A program made the translations under genes and the position numbers. From Perkinsela sp. CCAP 1560/9 (Eukaryota > Protista > Euglenozoa: Kinetoplastea), in contig CBFFSA010000013.1 of the NCBI GenBank assembly GCA_965644495.1, forward strand, positions 124,001-188,000: a stretch of 64,000 bases of DNA, read 5' to 3'. The notes under the pieces were generated by a model. The model was not told the origin of the DNA. It did no database searches and worked only from the letters and a program-made list of their open reading frames with translations. Below, piece after piece: positions 21,245-32,389 of this stretch (the stretch's first letter is position 1; each line of letters opens with the position of its first letter).

Positions 21245-23431
21245 ATGTCAGATACTGACGGAGTTCCGACCACAGTTCACTCTGTGCGTGGACCTCTGAC
21301 CACTTGGCTTCGGAAGCTCCCTCCACAACCGCAAGTAGCGGAGCGCACACCCCTTATTATTAACAACACCCCGACGGTAACAGTTCAGGAAAAACGGCAG
21401 CGTACTGAACTTACTATATTCGAGAAACGAGAAATTTGTAGATCTCAAAGTTCTGTAGAGCAAACCGAACAAAAATATGGTATATCACGGAGAGCGGTTT
21501 ATGAAATTCGTAAAACGGGGATTGACCACTACCAAAAGTTAATTAACCGCAACATGGGAAACCAACACCGGAACCGGGGATTCAATGAAAGAGGGGGGGA
21601 TTATAGTAATGCGAATGCCGAAGTCTATGATAAGGCTGAGGCAATGCTGTCTGTTCATCGTGCTTGTGAGCAGGCCTCCGCATTGTGGTGCTCACTGACC
21701 AAGTCGATGGTGATCGACTTGATCCGACAGAAAACGAGATTAACTTCTATAACTGCTTTAGAAGACACTTATCAGCGTTTCAAAAAGCACTATGGATGGG
21801 TGTGGCGGAGATGGGGTCGAACGCAGTGCCTGGCGCCCAGTGACGTAGAATTTCGAATCTCTCAGTGGGCAGAGAAATTTTATACTCAAAACACTGTGCG
21901 TAAGTATCGCTTCGCTTTCTTCGGTGACGAAACTGCGATGTTTGTCAATGGAGAAGTTCAAGGATACACTCATGCTCCGATTCGTTGCCCACAGCCAAAA
22001 GTCGTGGATACCAATCTGAAAGAAACAGTTACAGCTTTTCTTGCAGGTGTGTATGATTTTGCTTTGGATAAGGTATTTCCACTTTACCCAACGGTGATCT
22101 TTGAGCACAATGCAAAGAATCGAGAAAGCTCTACCATTTACACTGAAATGACACGTCTAGCTTATTCTCTGAGCGGGATTTACATCGATGTAAGTCGTTC
22201 TGGGTGGGTTACTGACCATGTCTATGAGCGAATGTTAAAGAAATATTTACCCTATACTCTTGACAACCCCTCGACGGTTATTATCACGGACGATTATACC
22301 GCTCATAGAACGAATAATGTACCAACGAATTGTGATCCACAGACGATACCCGGAGGGTGTACGAAAGCCATACAATTCCATGATCGCGTTTTTAATCGCT
22401 TATTCAAGCGTCAATACAATGAGCTTCTTAGCGCGTGGCGACTTCGAAATAGCGCCCAGAAGGTTACTCGTGCGCTTGTTTTGCAATGGATTAAGGATGC
22501 ACATGCACATGTATGGGCAAAAAACCAGAGCACTTTATTAAAAGTAGCACAAACTTACATTTTGCGACCTGCGACTGAGTACCCTTGGATTGAGTCAAGC
22601 GTTACAGTTGGCTCAAAAGCTACTCTTGGAATATGTCCTGAACATGCCGTCTCATCCTCCTCAATTTCAAAAGGAGAAAAACCCACACAAGAATCCATTG
22701 TGGTAGAAGATAGTGCGGGCAACACGTCCCACTATGACAAAGAGTGGAAACGATTCCGCGGTCGAAAGCGATTTCTTACCACGCATGCTGTTGATACATT
22801 ATGCGAAAATGTATTGCAGGCATACCGTCTAGCCCCTTCCGCAGACAAAAGAATAGTTTTTTTGAACACAGGAAAGACTCGATTACTTTTAGGTTTTCAG
22901 CGCAAAATGTTCAGTCAAATTTTCCCCGACTCACGAATTATTGCGGTGCTCTTCTTTAACAACCATTTTTTTTTCGTGGAACTCCGAAAGCATCTGTTGA
23001 CAATATTTGATAGTTACGAGGATTATTCTCCGATTGCTCGTCAAAATTTTCTTCAGTGCTTTCTAAAATTATTCTGTCCTCTTCTTGGTCACTCAATAGA
23101 GGATGTTCGTCTTCGACATGCTTCAGTCATGCAGCAGGAGCCTACGCTAAATGAATGTGGAATACATGTAGTGAACAATTTATGTTCATTCCTGTTCTAT
23201 CCTGCCACATTCAGTAGAGTGAATAATGTTTTGACCCGAAAGAATCTTTCTAAGTCATGGTGGCCGTGCGGACCAGGAATTCTATCACTTCCTGAAAAAC
23301 AAAGTGCTGACGAAGAAACCGTCGGAGCGCTCCGTGACTCAGATTCCGATTGTGAGTATACAACCAATTTGATAAAAGATGTGCAGCTTGAAGATGCGAC
23401 CGCGGATGGATGGGAGCTGTCCGAAAATTAA
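21245..23431 (+). CDS. pogo/DDE_1 transposase (DD30D) fused to a C-terminal Ulp1/C48-like cysteine protease
   Basis: CENP-B-like HTH (LTIFEKREIC..YGISRRAVYEI), FFGDETA, SGWVT, IITDDYTAH, IPGGCTKAIQFHD. Protease motifs NNHFFFV, TIFDSY, QQEPTLNECG. ORF is uninterrupted. Confidence 0.88.
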   Translation: MSDTDGVPTTVHSVRGPLTTWLRKLPPQPQVAERTPLIINNTPTVTVQEKRQRTELTIFEKREICRSQSSVEQTEQKYGISRRAVYEIRKTGIDHYQKLINRNMGNQHRNRGFNERGGDYSNANAEVYDKAEAMLSVHRACEQASALWCSLTKSMVIDLIRQKTRLTSITALEDTYQRFKKHYGWVWRRWGRTQCLAPSDVEFRISQWAEKFYTQNTVRKYRFAFFGDETAMFVNGEVQGYTHAPIRCPQPKVVDTNLKETVTAFLAGVYDFALDKVFPLYPTVIFEHNAKNRESSTIYTEMTRLAYSLSGIYIDVSRSGWVTDHVYERMLKKYLPYTLDNPSTVIITDDYTAHRTNNVPTNCDPQTIPGGCTKAIQFHDRVFNRLFKRQYNELLSAWRLRNSAQKVTRALVLQWIKDAHAHVWAKNQSTLLKVAQTYILRPATEYPWIESSVTVGSKATLGICPEHAVSSSSISKGEKPTQESIVVEDSAGNTSHYDKEWKRFRGRKRFLTTHAVDTLCENVLQAYRLAPSADKRIVFLNTGKTRLLLGFQRKMFSQIFPDSRIIAVLFFNNHFFFVELRKHLLTIFDSYEDYSPIARQNFLQCFLKLFCPLLGHSIEDVRLRHASVMQQEPTLNECGIHVVNNLCSFLFYPATFSRVNNVLTRKNLSKSWWPCGPGILSLPEKQSADEETVGALRDSDSDCEYTTNLIKDVQLEDATADGWELSEN

Positions 23432-24564
23432 TGACGGAGATACAAATTCCTATCCAAAATAAGTTTATGTGCGCGCTATTATACTCAAATTTTACACAGA
23501 TATTTTTTGTGGGGGTTTTCCATGTTTTGTTCGACGCTTCTACACTTTTTCCCCGCACTAGCTTCTTGTTGCATTAGTACGCACCCTCTTCTTCGTGTTT
23601 CACCATACACGACATTTACTTCATGTATTAATAATAAGAGCTACAACAATTAAACTTACAAATAATATTTTTTATTAAATATTTTAATATTTAATACATA
23701 CAGAACGTGTATGTACACGTTCTTCACATTTTCCATGCTGGCACACACGAACAGTCCCCCCGCCCCGGCCATCATCTCTGCTGAAAAGTACCATACGCTG
23801 TGCGACGTAAGATCAAAACACGCACAGGAGAGAAAGGCGCCGCGAAGCGGCGCAATTCTTTTTTCTTGGGGGGGGGGCGGCGGGTTCTCCCCTCTCTTAC
23901 CCCCCCCCCCCCCGCCCTTGAATATGCAGAAACCCCAAAAACGTGTGCATATTAAAGGGGGGGTCACAGTAATAGAGAATAAGGCGTTTCGCTCTGTTAG
24001 TGCTCCCAAACCTCGATCAAAAAGGTTGTTCGCCCGCTGCACACTGATACTCTTCATGTTATATGGGCGCCCGAATTCAGAAATGAATATTGGATCGAAC
24101 CAAACAATGTCTTTCCAAAATTCCATGTTATGGTTTTTAGAAAGCCGGGCCATATGATGCTTCAGCGCTTCTTTTAAACCTTCAGGCCCGACTCCTTCCT
24201 CTGAATCCTCGAATACCTGTTCCAAAGTTTCGGCAACGTGCGTCGCTGTAGGTTTCCCATTGAGGTCAGAAAATTTGTTCAATGCAACGAAGAGAATATC
24301 GCATTCCTTTAAGAAGGTTAAGCACGAATTGCGAATATTTTCAACTCCGTAACGAACTAGAAGGCTTGAACAGTTCACAATAGACATATTATATAGGTCA
24401 TATTTAAAATATGACCTTCACTGTGTTAGCTTTCTAATAAAACCAGCGATTTAAATTGAAACTTGAGGATGACCATCCAAGTGGGTCCGGGGGTCCCGGA
24501 CCAGGGTCCGGACCAGCACGGACTTGGGTCCATGGACTCACATGGGTCCGGACCTGTCGGACCC

Positions 24565-24870
24565 GCAAAGGTATGACATATGGGATCCGTCCCCACACGC
24601 GAACGAATGTGAGTGATGGTGTGATGTGGGTCGTCACTATTTCCCGAATGTTTTTACTGCTGCACGACATTACTTATGGACGCCGCCGCTGGTCATCAAA
24701 TGTGATAGTGTCTTCCCTGACAGACACTGCCACATCACTGATAGTACTCTGTGTATCGCTGATAATTGGGCACTTGCAGCCAAACGTGTTGATATTGTCT
24801 CTGTAAAACAGTATCAATTCGCCGGTTACTTGCGACATGAATACGCCATATTGGGACCAGCAACAAGTCA
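24565..24870 (+). pseudogene. hAT-like C-terminal fragment
   Basis: FPNVFTAARHYLWTPPLVIKCDS. Confidence 0.75.
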
Positions 24871-25404
24871 CATTTCGAGGCAACAAAATCTTCTCGGTGA
24901 AATTAATGATGACTCGGATGAAGCTGTCGCATGTCGGTCGTTCATACAGGATGGCATGCGTCGCCTACTTTCTGGTAGTAAAAATCCGCGGGACTGGATC
25001 ATGTTCTCCATGACCCGCCCATAAGAAGCGTATTTTCTACGCTGCAGTCGATGCAACAACGGCTCGCTGAATGATTCTATTTTTTCTTCAAAAGCTCATC
25101 GAAACCTTTCAAGTAAAGTGGGTTCATAGAATGATGTTCTCGGTGTTCTGAGAACAAAGAACAGTTCTCAGAACAACATAGTATGACTTACGTCCGAAAA
25201 TTTAAAGCCAAAGTCAATGCATGTTTTGGTACGGATTTGCTTGGCGTACTCAATGGTAAGTTCATTCAGCTTTTCTCTTCGAGGTGGGGTGGGGCACATT
25301 CCACGGACAATTTTGTAACGAAATATTGGGTACTTTCTCCCTTTGTTCCGTGCACCACGCATCATAGCTTCTATCGTGCTTTCGAAGGTGCCTTTCTGCC
25401 GATA

Positions 25405-26333
25405 TAAACCCCCCACAGCGAAAAGTCACCCCCCTCTAAATTTTCAGCCAAGTGTCCGTTTGAGCTGATTTTTGTTGCATTTTGCAGTTCCCAACACAAA
25501 GACTTTGCGCGTTAAAGCATGGAACCAAAACTCTCAAATGCGTGCATCCGATAGATGGATTATCACTTTCTTCACATTTTTCATGAAACCATTTCTCACA
25601 CTTTAACTAATTAAATATTCTCCTCCCATGAGGAAATCAATTATTTCTGTCCGTTTTTGCTGATTTTTGTTGCACACGAGAAATCTCGTTCTCCTAGCAA
25701 AGAGCTTTGCCACCACTTTTTAATATTGACCCACTTGTGCCCCCTGGCCGCGGAGTGTTTGCTTTCTCAAGTTAGTGTGGTGTGGCGATGCAAAAAAATA
25801 AAACCTAAAAATAATTTACATTTTTCAGTTTCTAAAATGATCTAAAAATGGTGGGAACGTGTAAATCTCAGAATTTTGAACGATAAAGTGATATCTTAAC
25901 CCCCTTAGGCCCCTTCAAGCAAAAAGTAAAGGGGACAGCTTAAAAAAGTTGATTTATCACCGTTTCAAGAAAGAACCAATCAAAGACAAATATTCCACCA
26001 CGTGACAAATTGAATGTTTGTTATCTGTTTTTCATCATTTTTGTTGCAATCGAGAGATCTTGTTCCCCTAGCGAAGATCTGTAACGCCATTTTCATGTTG
26101 ACCCCCTTCTTCCCCCCTGGTCGAGGAACATGAGATTTTTCAGGTAATATTGGTATGACTATGTAAAAACGTCATTAAAGAAATGAGTTTTAATTTGTTA
26201 TCTGTGAAGAGGTCTAAAAACAGCGGGAACGTGCAGATCTCAAAATTTTGAACGAAAAAGTGGTGCCGCAACCCCCCTAAGCCTCGTTGTACAAAACAAA
26301 GAGGGGGGTAACTTATTCGCTGTGGGGGGTTTA
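25405..26333. mobile_element. Non-autonomous Tc1-type element related to 59756..61107, TA TSD
   Basis: ta|taaaccccccacagcgaaaagtcaccccc ... ggggggtaacttattcgctgtggggggttta|ta; shares internal blocks with the DD35E element. Confidence 0.82.
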
Positions 26334-26972
26334 TAATCGGTCTGCAGACCTCTTGCCGTCAAAAAACGTTTTTTGCTATTCTCAGGGCGCCAATTGCATT
26401 CCAACATCTGCTTGTCGCCCTCTGCATTAGCTACTTGAGCAAAGAATTCTTTACAAAAACTGCCCCGGGTGAGCTTTTCCATCGGAAAAAAGAGTATTGT
26501 GTATTGTATAGAGGCCTAATAATAAACTGTAATGAATACAGACGAATCAAAATCATGATGAAAGAAAATTCTGCGATTCTAAAGTATACGAAGAAAAAAA
26601 GTTTTTAAAAGTTTTTAGAAAAAAAATAAAGTAACTTTAAAGTACTTTCTTGAAAGTTTTAAAGTTTCCGCGAACCCTGAATATTACCAATTCCCCGTAT
26701 TTTTGCTCCCAGAGCAATAAATGCGATACTTTCGCACAAGAAATCATTCCTTCGCAGAAACGAAGGACTTCAGAACGTAGTGGGAACATAACACGACTCC
26801 AACCAACTCAAAATTCTGAACGAATAAAGAGCTGTATAAATTTCAGGGGTTGCTTACAACCTCTGCCTCTCCCTTCTTTATGGTGTCCGGGATAGGATGT
26901 ATCGAGGAGGGTGGAAAGGGGGGTCTAGCCCCCTTTATACTCGATTTGGGCGCATATCGCTGTGCTTAAGAA

Positions 26973-27071
26973 CGTAGGCCTCGGGATTCGAGCCCAGGTA
27001 GTCCAGCTTATAAGGCATACCGCTCATAATCTGGCGGTCGCAGGTTCGACTCCCGGTGGTGTTACATTTTT
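26973..27071. pseudogene. tRNA-like quasi-palindrome (Met-CAT-like on +, TAT-like on -), stems largely unpaired
   Basis: + strand 26992..27064 has tRNA spacing, a CTCATAA loop, a GGTTCGACTCC B box and a downstream T5; - strand has CTTATAA and GGGCTCGAATCCC. Confidence 0.6.
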
Positions 27072-27862
27072 CGCGGGCCTGAGCCATACGCGGCGTCGTT
27101 AGCGGGAAACAATTTGCAAAGCCCCGTTTACCAACAACCACCGTTTTTTAACGAAGCAACTACCGCCACGACATTCATTCAGCTCGCGCGGTGTACTGGA
27201 GCCTAAATGTATCTAAAGGTGGCCTTTTTTGATCTAAACTTTCAGCACGCACCCGGACGCACCCGCTCGTACCGAGCCCAAATATTTAACGTGAATTTTT
27301 ATCTGTTTTTGCTCATCTTTGCAGCATTCGAGAGATCTCGTTTTCCTAGCGAAGGGCTTTGCCGCCCTTTTTTCATAGGGACCCCCTAGGTCCAAAAACA
27401 TGGTTTTTTGATACCATTTTTCCGGAACGCACCCATTTTTTTTTACATTTTTTTGTGTTTTATGAAATTATGTCCTTCGCATTTTTGCTCGTTTTAATCG
27501 CGTTTGATGAATCTCGTTCTCATAGCGAATAGTCTTGCTGCATTTCTTTCTTAGTGGCTCCTTAGAGTTAATAATGGACAGTTTGTTAATAAAATTTAAT
27601 AGATGATTTGTTTTGAAATAATGCCCCACTTTTCAATAATAGATATAATGAACGTTTCATCTATTATTAGCAGTCGGCCTTTTAGGCTTGTTTCCTACGA
27701 TTATCCCCACGAATAGCCCCACTTTTCATGAAAAAATCTCCTTGAAAGATGATTTTCGCATAAGTTTCCCGTTAGGGAAGCTGCGAAAAAAGAGAAAAAG
27801 CAATTCTTGTTAATAATAGATGAATGTTAATAATAGGTGAAATAATAATACCATTGTTAGTA

Positions 27863-28632
27863 CTCCCCCCTCCATAAGTAATTATAAGTAATTTTTTTTT
27901 TGGAATTTATAATTATAATTATAATTATAATTACTTATGGATGTGAACCTAGTGAACCTGGAGAGGGGTAAAAATTGGAATTTCACACTAATACTCTTCA
28001 TGATGATTTTAGACAGGGCGGGCGAGGAGGCAGCAGACAGGGCGGGCGAGGAGAGCGACAAAGCGGGCGTGCGAAACAAGGGGGGTCTTCCTCTCGGGGT
28101 GAAGGGGGGCATGGGGGGGTAAAATTAAGTTATCCAGTTATATATCAGTTATCCAGTTTACCGGTGAAACGGTTAAGGATAAAAGTAATTAAGGCAGAAC
28201 GGATTTAAAAATTAATTATTGCCTTAATTAAAGTTGCCTTAATTAAAGTGGCGCTGATAAAAGCCCAAAACAGTTCTTATTTAAATATTGTCGTTTGTAG
28301 CATAAACATCGCATTTCTGCTAAAAATGCTCAATTTCTGGTCATTTTTCATGTTTTTCGAACTTTTCTAGACGAGCTTCGCCCGTTTCGCCTACCTTTAC
28401 GGTCTTCAACCAGTTCAACGTGTGAGAGAAAATCTAAAACGATCATTGAAAGGAGAAGTCTGAGACGGAATCATGAAATCAATTTTTCTCAATTTTTCCC
28501 CCAAAATGACGAAAAATTATTTATTGCCTTAATTTATTTATAATTACTTATGAAAGGTATAGGAATCATAAGTCACGAGGGAGTAAAAGTGCTAGTTCGA
28601 GGTGTACTTATAATTACTTATGGAGGGGGGAG
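27863..28632. mobile_element. Stowaway-like MITE, TA TSD
   Basis: ta|ctccccccrich TIR: ctcccccctccataagtaattataagta ... tacttataattacttatggaggggggag|ta. Confidence 0.85.
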
Positions 28633-29233
28633 TAATAGGTGATTGTTAATAATAGATGAACCCCCTCTTTATGTACATGTACTTGTAATCGTTTTTTAAA
28701 AGTTATCATCAAAAGTTCCCAACATGTATCTTATTGATATAAGCCCTCTTTTGTATGTAACGCGTACATTACTATAAGCAGTCCAAACGAGATATCTCGT
28801 ATGGGGCACACTTGCTCTCCCCAGGAGAGGCAAACAAATCACCTCCGCCTAGGCATCGGAGTGCGTGAACTCCGAGCGGTACTTGCTACCGGTAAACGAG
28901 CAGAGGGACTTTCCTCGGAGTGCGTGTGAAACTTAAAAATAAGCTTCAGAGACATCAACACCTGAAGAAAGTTGTTTCGTCTCGTTGCCTCACTCCGTGC
29001 ACGTACAAGATAACTTTGACGGGTAACTTTAAGTCGAGCGCACGGAAACAAATTCCGAGCTCAACTGATGTAATCATGTAGATAAGAATGTGAGTCACGG
29101 ATGAAAGAGTCTAAAAGAATTTTTAATTATTCCCCCTGTTTAATAGGGCTCCGATTTTAGGCAAAATGCCCTATTAAAGAGGGGGTACATGCAAAATTTT
29201 GTGAAAAAAAGTTTTACTATTCAGTTGATCAGT

Positions 29234-30037
29234 CTACTTTAATTTCTCGAAGGCTCGTTCCAGAAAAAACTCTGTTTCATCATAAAAGCGTATGCCCACG
29301 TTCTCCGCGAATTTGCGGTCTGAGTCAGAAAAATCTCTTGCTCGACCAGCGGCATCCCCTACATAAAAACTTTGATGGTAACAAAGTTTGATATTATCTC
29401 TACGAAACAATGATTCTAAGAATAACCACATGCTCTTCTCCGGTTTTCGATAAGATGAAACCTTTTCGGTTGCAACGAGGGCCTGTATAGGAAGAACGCG
29501 TTCCTCTCCTTTTATCGGTGACGAAACACCGGATTCCAAAATCTCAGATTGTACTTTATCAATGAACCCTTTTATGCGCGTCTTAACCTTTGCGACTTGT
29601 TGTGCCCGCGTTTTCGTGGCTCGTCCAATCCCACTTTGATTGGAGAGAATGACTATGGTGTATCCCTTGTCATGTAGAAGCTGTAATGCTTGCACGGTTT
29701 CCGTTGGAAATCGAACGCTCCAGGCATCGGGAGCGGAATTGTATAAAGAAGTCTGTGCTAAACAGCCGTCAAAATCAAAAGCAGCTATTGGGCGTGTTCT
29801 CTGTGTGTTCGATGTAGATACTTGTAGCTGGTAACACATAAGTTCGCCTTGAGCATACCATGCCCAGTTGTCATTGTCACGCTGACAAGGTTGCAAGATA
29901 CTTTGTTGAGTGTGGGGACTACTTAATGTAGGAGATTGGTGGAAGAATCGCAAAGGCATGGTTTTTTTTGCTACAGAAAGACTGCTTTTTCTAGCTTTCG
30001 GAAGTTGCGTATTTCCTGAATTGATGGTTCTTTTCAT
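29234..30037 (-). CDS. Polynucleotide/DNA 3'-phosphatase (PNK3P HAD domain, no kinase domain)
   Basis: AAFDFDGCL, SNQSGI, YRKP, SFYVGDAAGRARDFSDSDRKFAEN. Confidence 0.92.
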   Translation of the reverse strand: MKRTINSGNTQLPKARKSSLSVAKKTMPLRFFHQSPTLSSPHTQQSILQPCQRDNDNWAWYAQGELMCYQLQVSTSNTQRTRPIAAFDFDGCLAQTSLYNSAPDAWSVRFPTETVQALQLLHDKGYTIVILSNQSGIGRATKTRAQQVAKVKTRIKGFIDKVQSEILESGVSSPIKGEERVLPIQALVATEKVSSYRKPEKSMWLFLESLFRRDNIKLCYHQSFYVGDAAGRARDFSDSDRKFAENVGIRFYDETEFFLERAFEKLK

Positions 30038-30061
30038 TTGAATAGCAGCCTCAGAGAAACT

Positions 30062-30126
30062 TTACCACCTATCTCAATATTACCACCTATCTCAATATTA
30101 CCACCTATCTCAATATTACCACCTAT
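30062..30126. repeat. 18-bp tandem repeat (ttaccacctatctcaata) x3.5
   Basis: Directly visible. Confidence 0.9.
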
Positions 30127-30570
30127 TAGTAGAATCTATGCAATACATGATTTTAATGAGATGCAAATACAGTGACCTTCACTCCTTTTTATTAGTTAGG
30201 TTTCTTTCAAATTCTTAAAGATCTTTGCGTACATTATCGGAAAAAATGGTTCTTTAGGCAGAAAACCACATTTTCAGCCGTTATTTACAAAGTTAGTGTC
30301 ATGAGGTTATTTTTGGTTACACTAGAGTGTAGGATTGTCATTTTGCTTTTGAAAATTTGAGTACCACCTCCCACATCGTAAAGAGAAATTGCTTCGCAAA
30401 AAGTAATTAAAACCCTGCACCCTAAAAAAGGATTTCGCAAACGTACCAGAACTCCCTCATAAGCAGGGGGGGGGTATAGAACGTCATTTGAAAATGGAGT
30501 ACTCCGTTGTAATCTAAACCGTACTTCGTTGTATTCTGGACTAACTACGAGATGTTGATTCACCATTGAT

Positions 30571-32274
30571 TCAATAGTACCATGCGATTTGAGTCCGTTG
30601 AAGTCCTAAAACAATTTCATCGGGAAGTAATTTTTCATTCACATGTCCATGAAGGTGTGGATTGTCGTCTAGATTTAATGTACACAAATATTTGGGCAGT
30701 GCAGTCAGCTGTACACTCCCTTCAAAGGAATTGTTATTCAACATAAGAGCACTCAACTGGGGGCTTAACTTTGTTAGATCAGGTGTCCCAGTAAAGTTAT
30801 TGTGACCGAGATTGAGAACTGTGATACCGTAGGGCAGATCTTGTAAATCTATCGGACCTGAAAAGTTATTGTGCTCGACATTGAAATGAGTTATCGAATC
30901 AGAAAGAGTATTGAGGTCAAGAGTACCATGCAGTTGATTATGAGCCATTCGGAATGTATGCAGTGAGTGCGGGATTGACCCTAATTCCAGCAAGCCCGAG
31001 AAAGCGTTTTCACTGAGGTCAATCACTTTCAAGGATTCTGGAACACTACTCATATCCAGATTTCCAGATAGTTTGTTGTTATTCAAGTAGAGAGCCGATA
31101 AAGTACATGGTAAAGTAGAAAACTCGATATTTTTGATATCGTTATAGGAAAGATCTACAGTTCTCAGATCCTGTGGTAGGTCTTGTAGATCTAGTATTTC
31201 GACGAAAGCGTTTCTGCTGAGATCAAGCTTCGTAATATCGGGTGGCAACTGACCTAAACTAAGACTTCCAGTAAATGAATTGTTGTGTGCTTCGAATTCA
31301 AGTAGACCCTCAGGAAGCGTGCTAAGATTAAGTTTTCCGTGAAATCTGTTGCTCGATAATTTCAATTCTGTCAATGACGCGGGTAACTTATCAAGAAAGA
31401 GTCTTCCAGATAAGGAATTGTGCTCCACTTTGAGTGCAGTTAAATGGTTCGGTAACATGCTGAGATCCAGCTCCCCAGAAAGATTGTTGTATGATGTGTT
31501 AAAATGATCCAATCCTTCTGGGAGCATACTTAAGTCCAAAGTATTTTCGAAAAGATTGGTGGTTAGCGTCAAGTCCTGCAGGGCAGTAGGAAGATGCCCA
31601 AGACTTAGGGAACCCGTCAGAAGGTTCATGCCGAGATCTAAGCTCATTAAGGATGTGGGTAACTCACGAAGATTAATTGCTCCTTCAAATCTATTGTTAT
31701 ATGCAGCAAAGCATTCAAGGCTCAGGGGTAAATCGTTCATTTGAATTTCCCCACTAAACAAGTTTAATTCCAGCTTCAGCACCTTTAGCATCGAAGGCAA
31801 ACGAGTGAAATCTATTCCGCCTTCAAATTGGTTATTGGAGAAATCTATAAAAGTTAAATTCTGCGGTAAAACACTTAGATCCGGCCTGCCGGAAAACCCG
31901 TTGCCTTCCACGGAGAGCACTGTCACACTTCTAGGAACGTATTCCAAGTGCAATTCACCCGTCATTCCTATGATAGAGCTCTCCGAGTCCCACTCAATGC
32001 GCTCTACTTCGCCGTTCGTGTTGCAATGTATGCCTTCCCACTCACAGGCAGGTGTTGCTACTTTCCAGGAGGAGTGCTGATTGATTGTTTCCGATATGAG
32101 TCTTTCTAGTTCGTATTCTTGTGGTAAAAGAGCGCCTCGAATCTTTCCGGTGCGAGAATAAATTCTTTGCTTGTTAAGCATTTCTTTACTCGAAGTGCTT
32201 TGGTGTGTCTTTCGACGCTTTGTAGGAGGCTGTTGATCGTCACAGACGCAAATTGAAATTGCCATTCTGAACAT
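30571..32274 (-). CDS. Long LRR protein (about 18 LRRs), PPTKRRK NLS-like motif
   Basis: First ATG at 32274; SRTGKIRGALLPQEYEL, WKVATPACEWEGIHC cap and regular 24-aa repeats. Confidence 0.92.
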   Translation of the reverse strand: MFRMAISICVCDDQQPPTKRRKTHQSTSSKEMLNKQRIYSRTGKIRGALLPQEYELERLISETINQHSSWKVATPACEWEGIHCNTNGEVERIEWDSESSIIGMTGELHLEYVPRSVTVLSVEGNGFSGRPDLSVLPQNLTFIDFSNNQFEGGIDFTRLPSMLKVLKLELNLFSGEIQMNDLPLSLECFAAYNNRFEGAINLRELPTSLMSLDLGMNLLTGSLSLGHLPTALQDLTLTTNLFENTLDLSMLPEGLDHFNTSYNNLSGELDLSMLPNHLTALKVEHNSLSGRLFLDKLPASLTELKLSSNRFHGKLNLSTLPEGLLEFEAHNNSFTGSLSLGQLPPDITKLDLSRNAFVEILDLQDLPQDLRTVDLSYNDIKNIEFSTLPCTLSALYLNNNKLSGNLDMSSVPESLKVIDLSENAFSGLLELGSIPHSLHTFRMAHNQLHGTLDLNTLSDSITHFNVEHNNFSGPIDLQDLPYGITVLNLGHNNFTGTPDLTKLSPQLSALMLNNNSFEGSVQLTALPKYLCTLNLDDNPHLHGHVNEKLLPDEIVLGLQRTQIAWYY

Positions 32275-32389
32275 AGAAATTAATAAATGATGCACCCTCG
32301 CTAATTAATTTTTAGAACTACATTTTATAGAATTATAAAAGTCGAAAATCATCCGTTTATAAAAATAAATTTATATTAGCGGAGGTATA

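Larger units (their letters stand above)
20090..23969 (+). mobile_element. pogo-like transposon, copy 1 (TIR ctgtgaccc(t/c)ccc-tttaatatgcac, TA TSD)
   Basis: TIRs at both ends with TA at 20088-89 and 23970-71. Confidence 0.93.
19822..24387 (-). pseudogene. hAT-like transposase C-terminal fragment split by the pogo element
   Basis: Removing 20090..23969 and one TA restores the in-frame ...ALFSI-T-DTEWLAY...WTPPLVTKCDSWLS. Confidence 0.88.

Noticed and set aside
26992-27064. Functional tRNA-Met(CAT)
   Set aside because: Acceptor, anticodon and T stems have multiple mismatches.
28801-29080. Possible second RT remnant (GTFLGVRV)
   Set aside because: A single short motif among stops and frameshifts; insufficient support.
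30062-30126. CRISPR-like arrays here and at 6550, 10898 and 58945
   Set aside because: Head-to-tail tandem repeats with no unique spacers, no cas genes, and a eukaryotic context.
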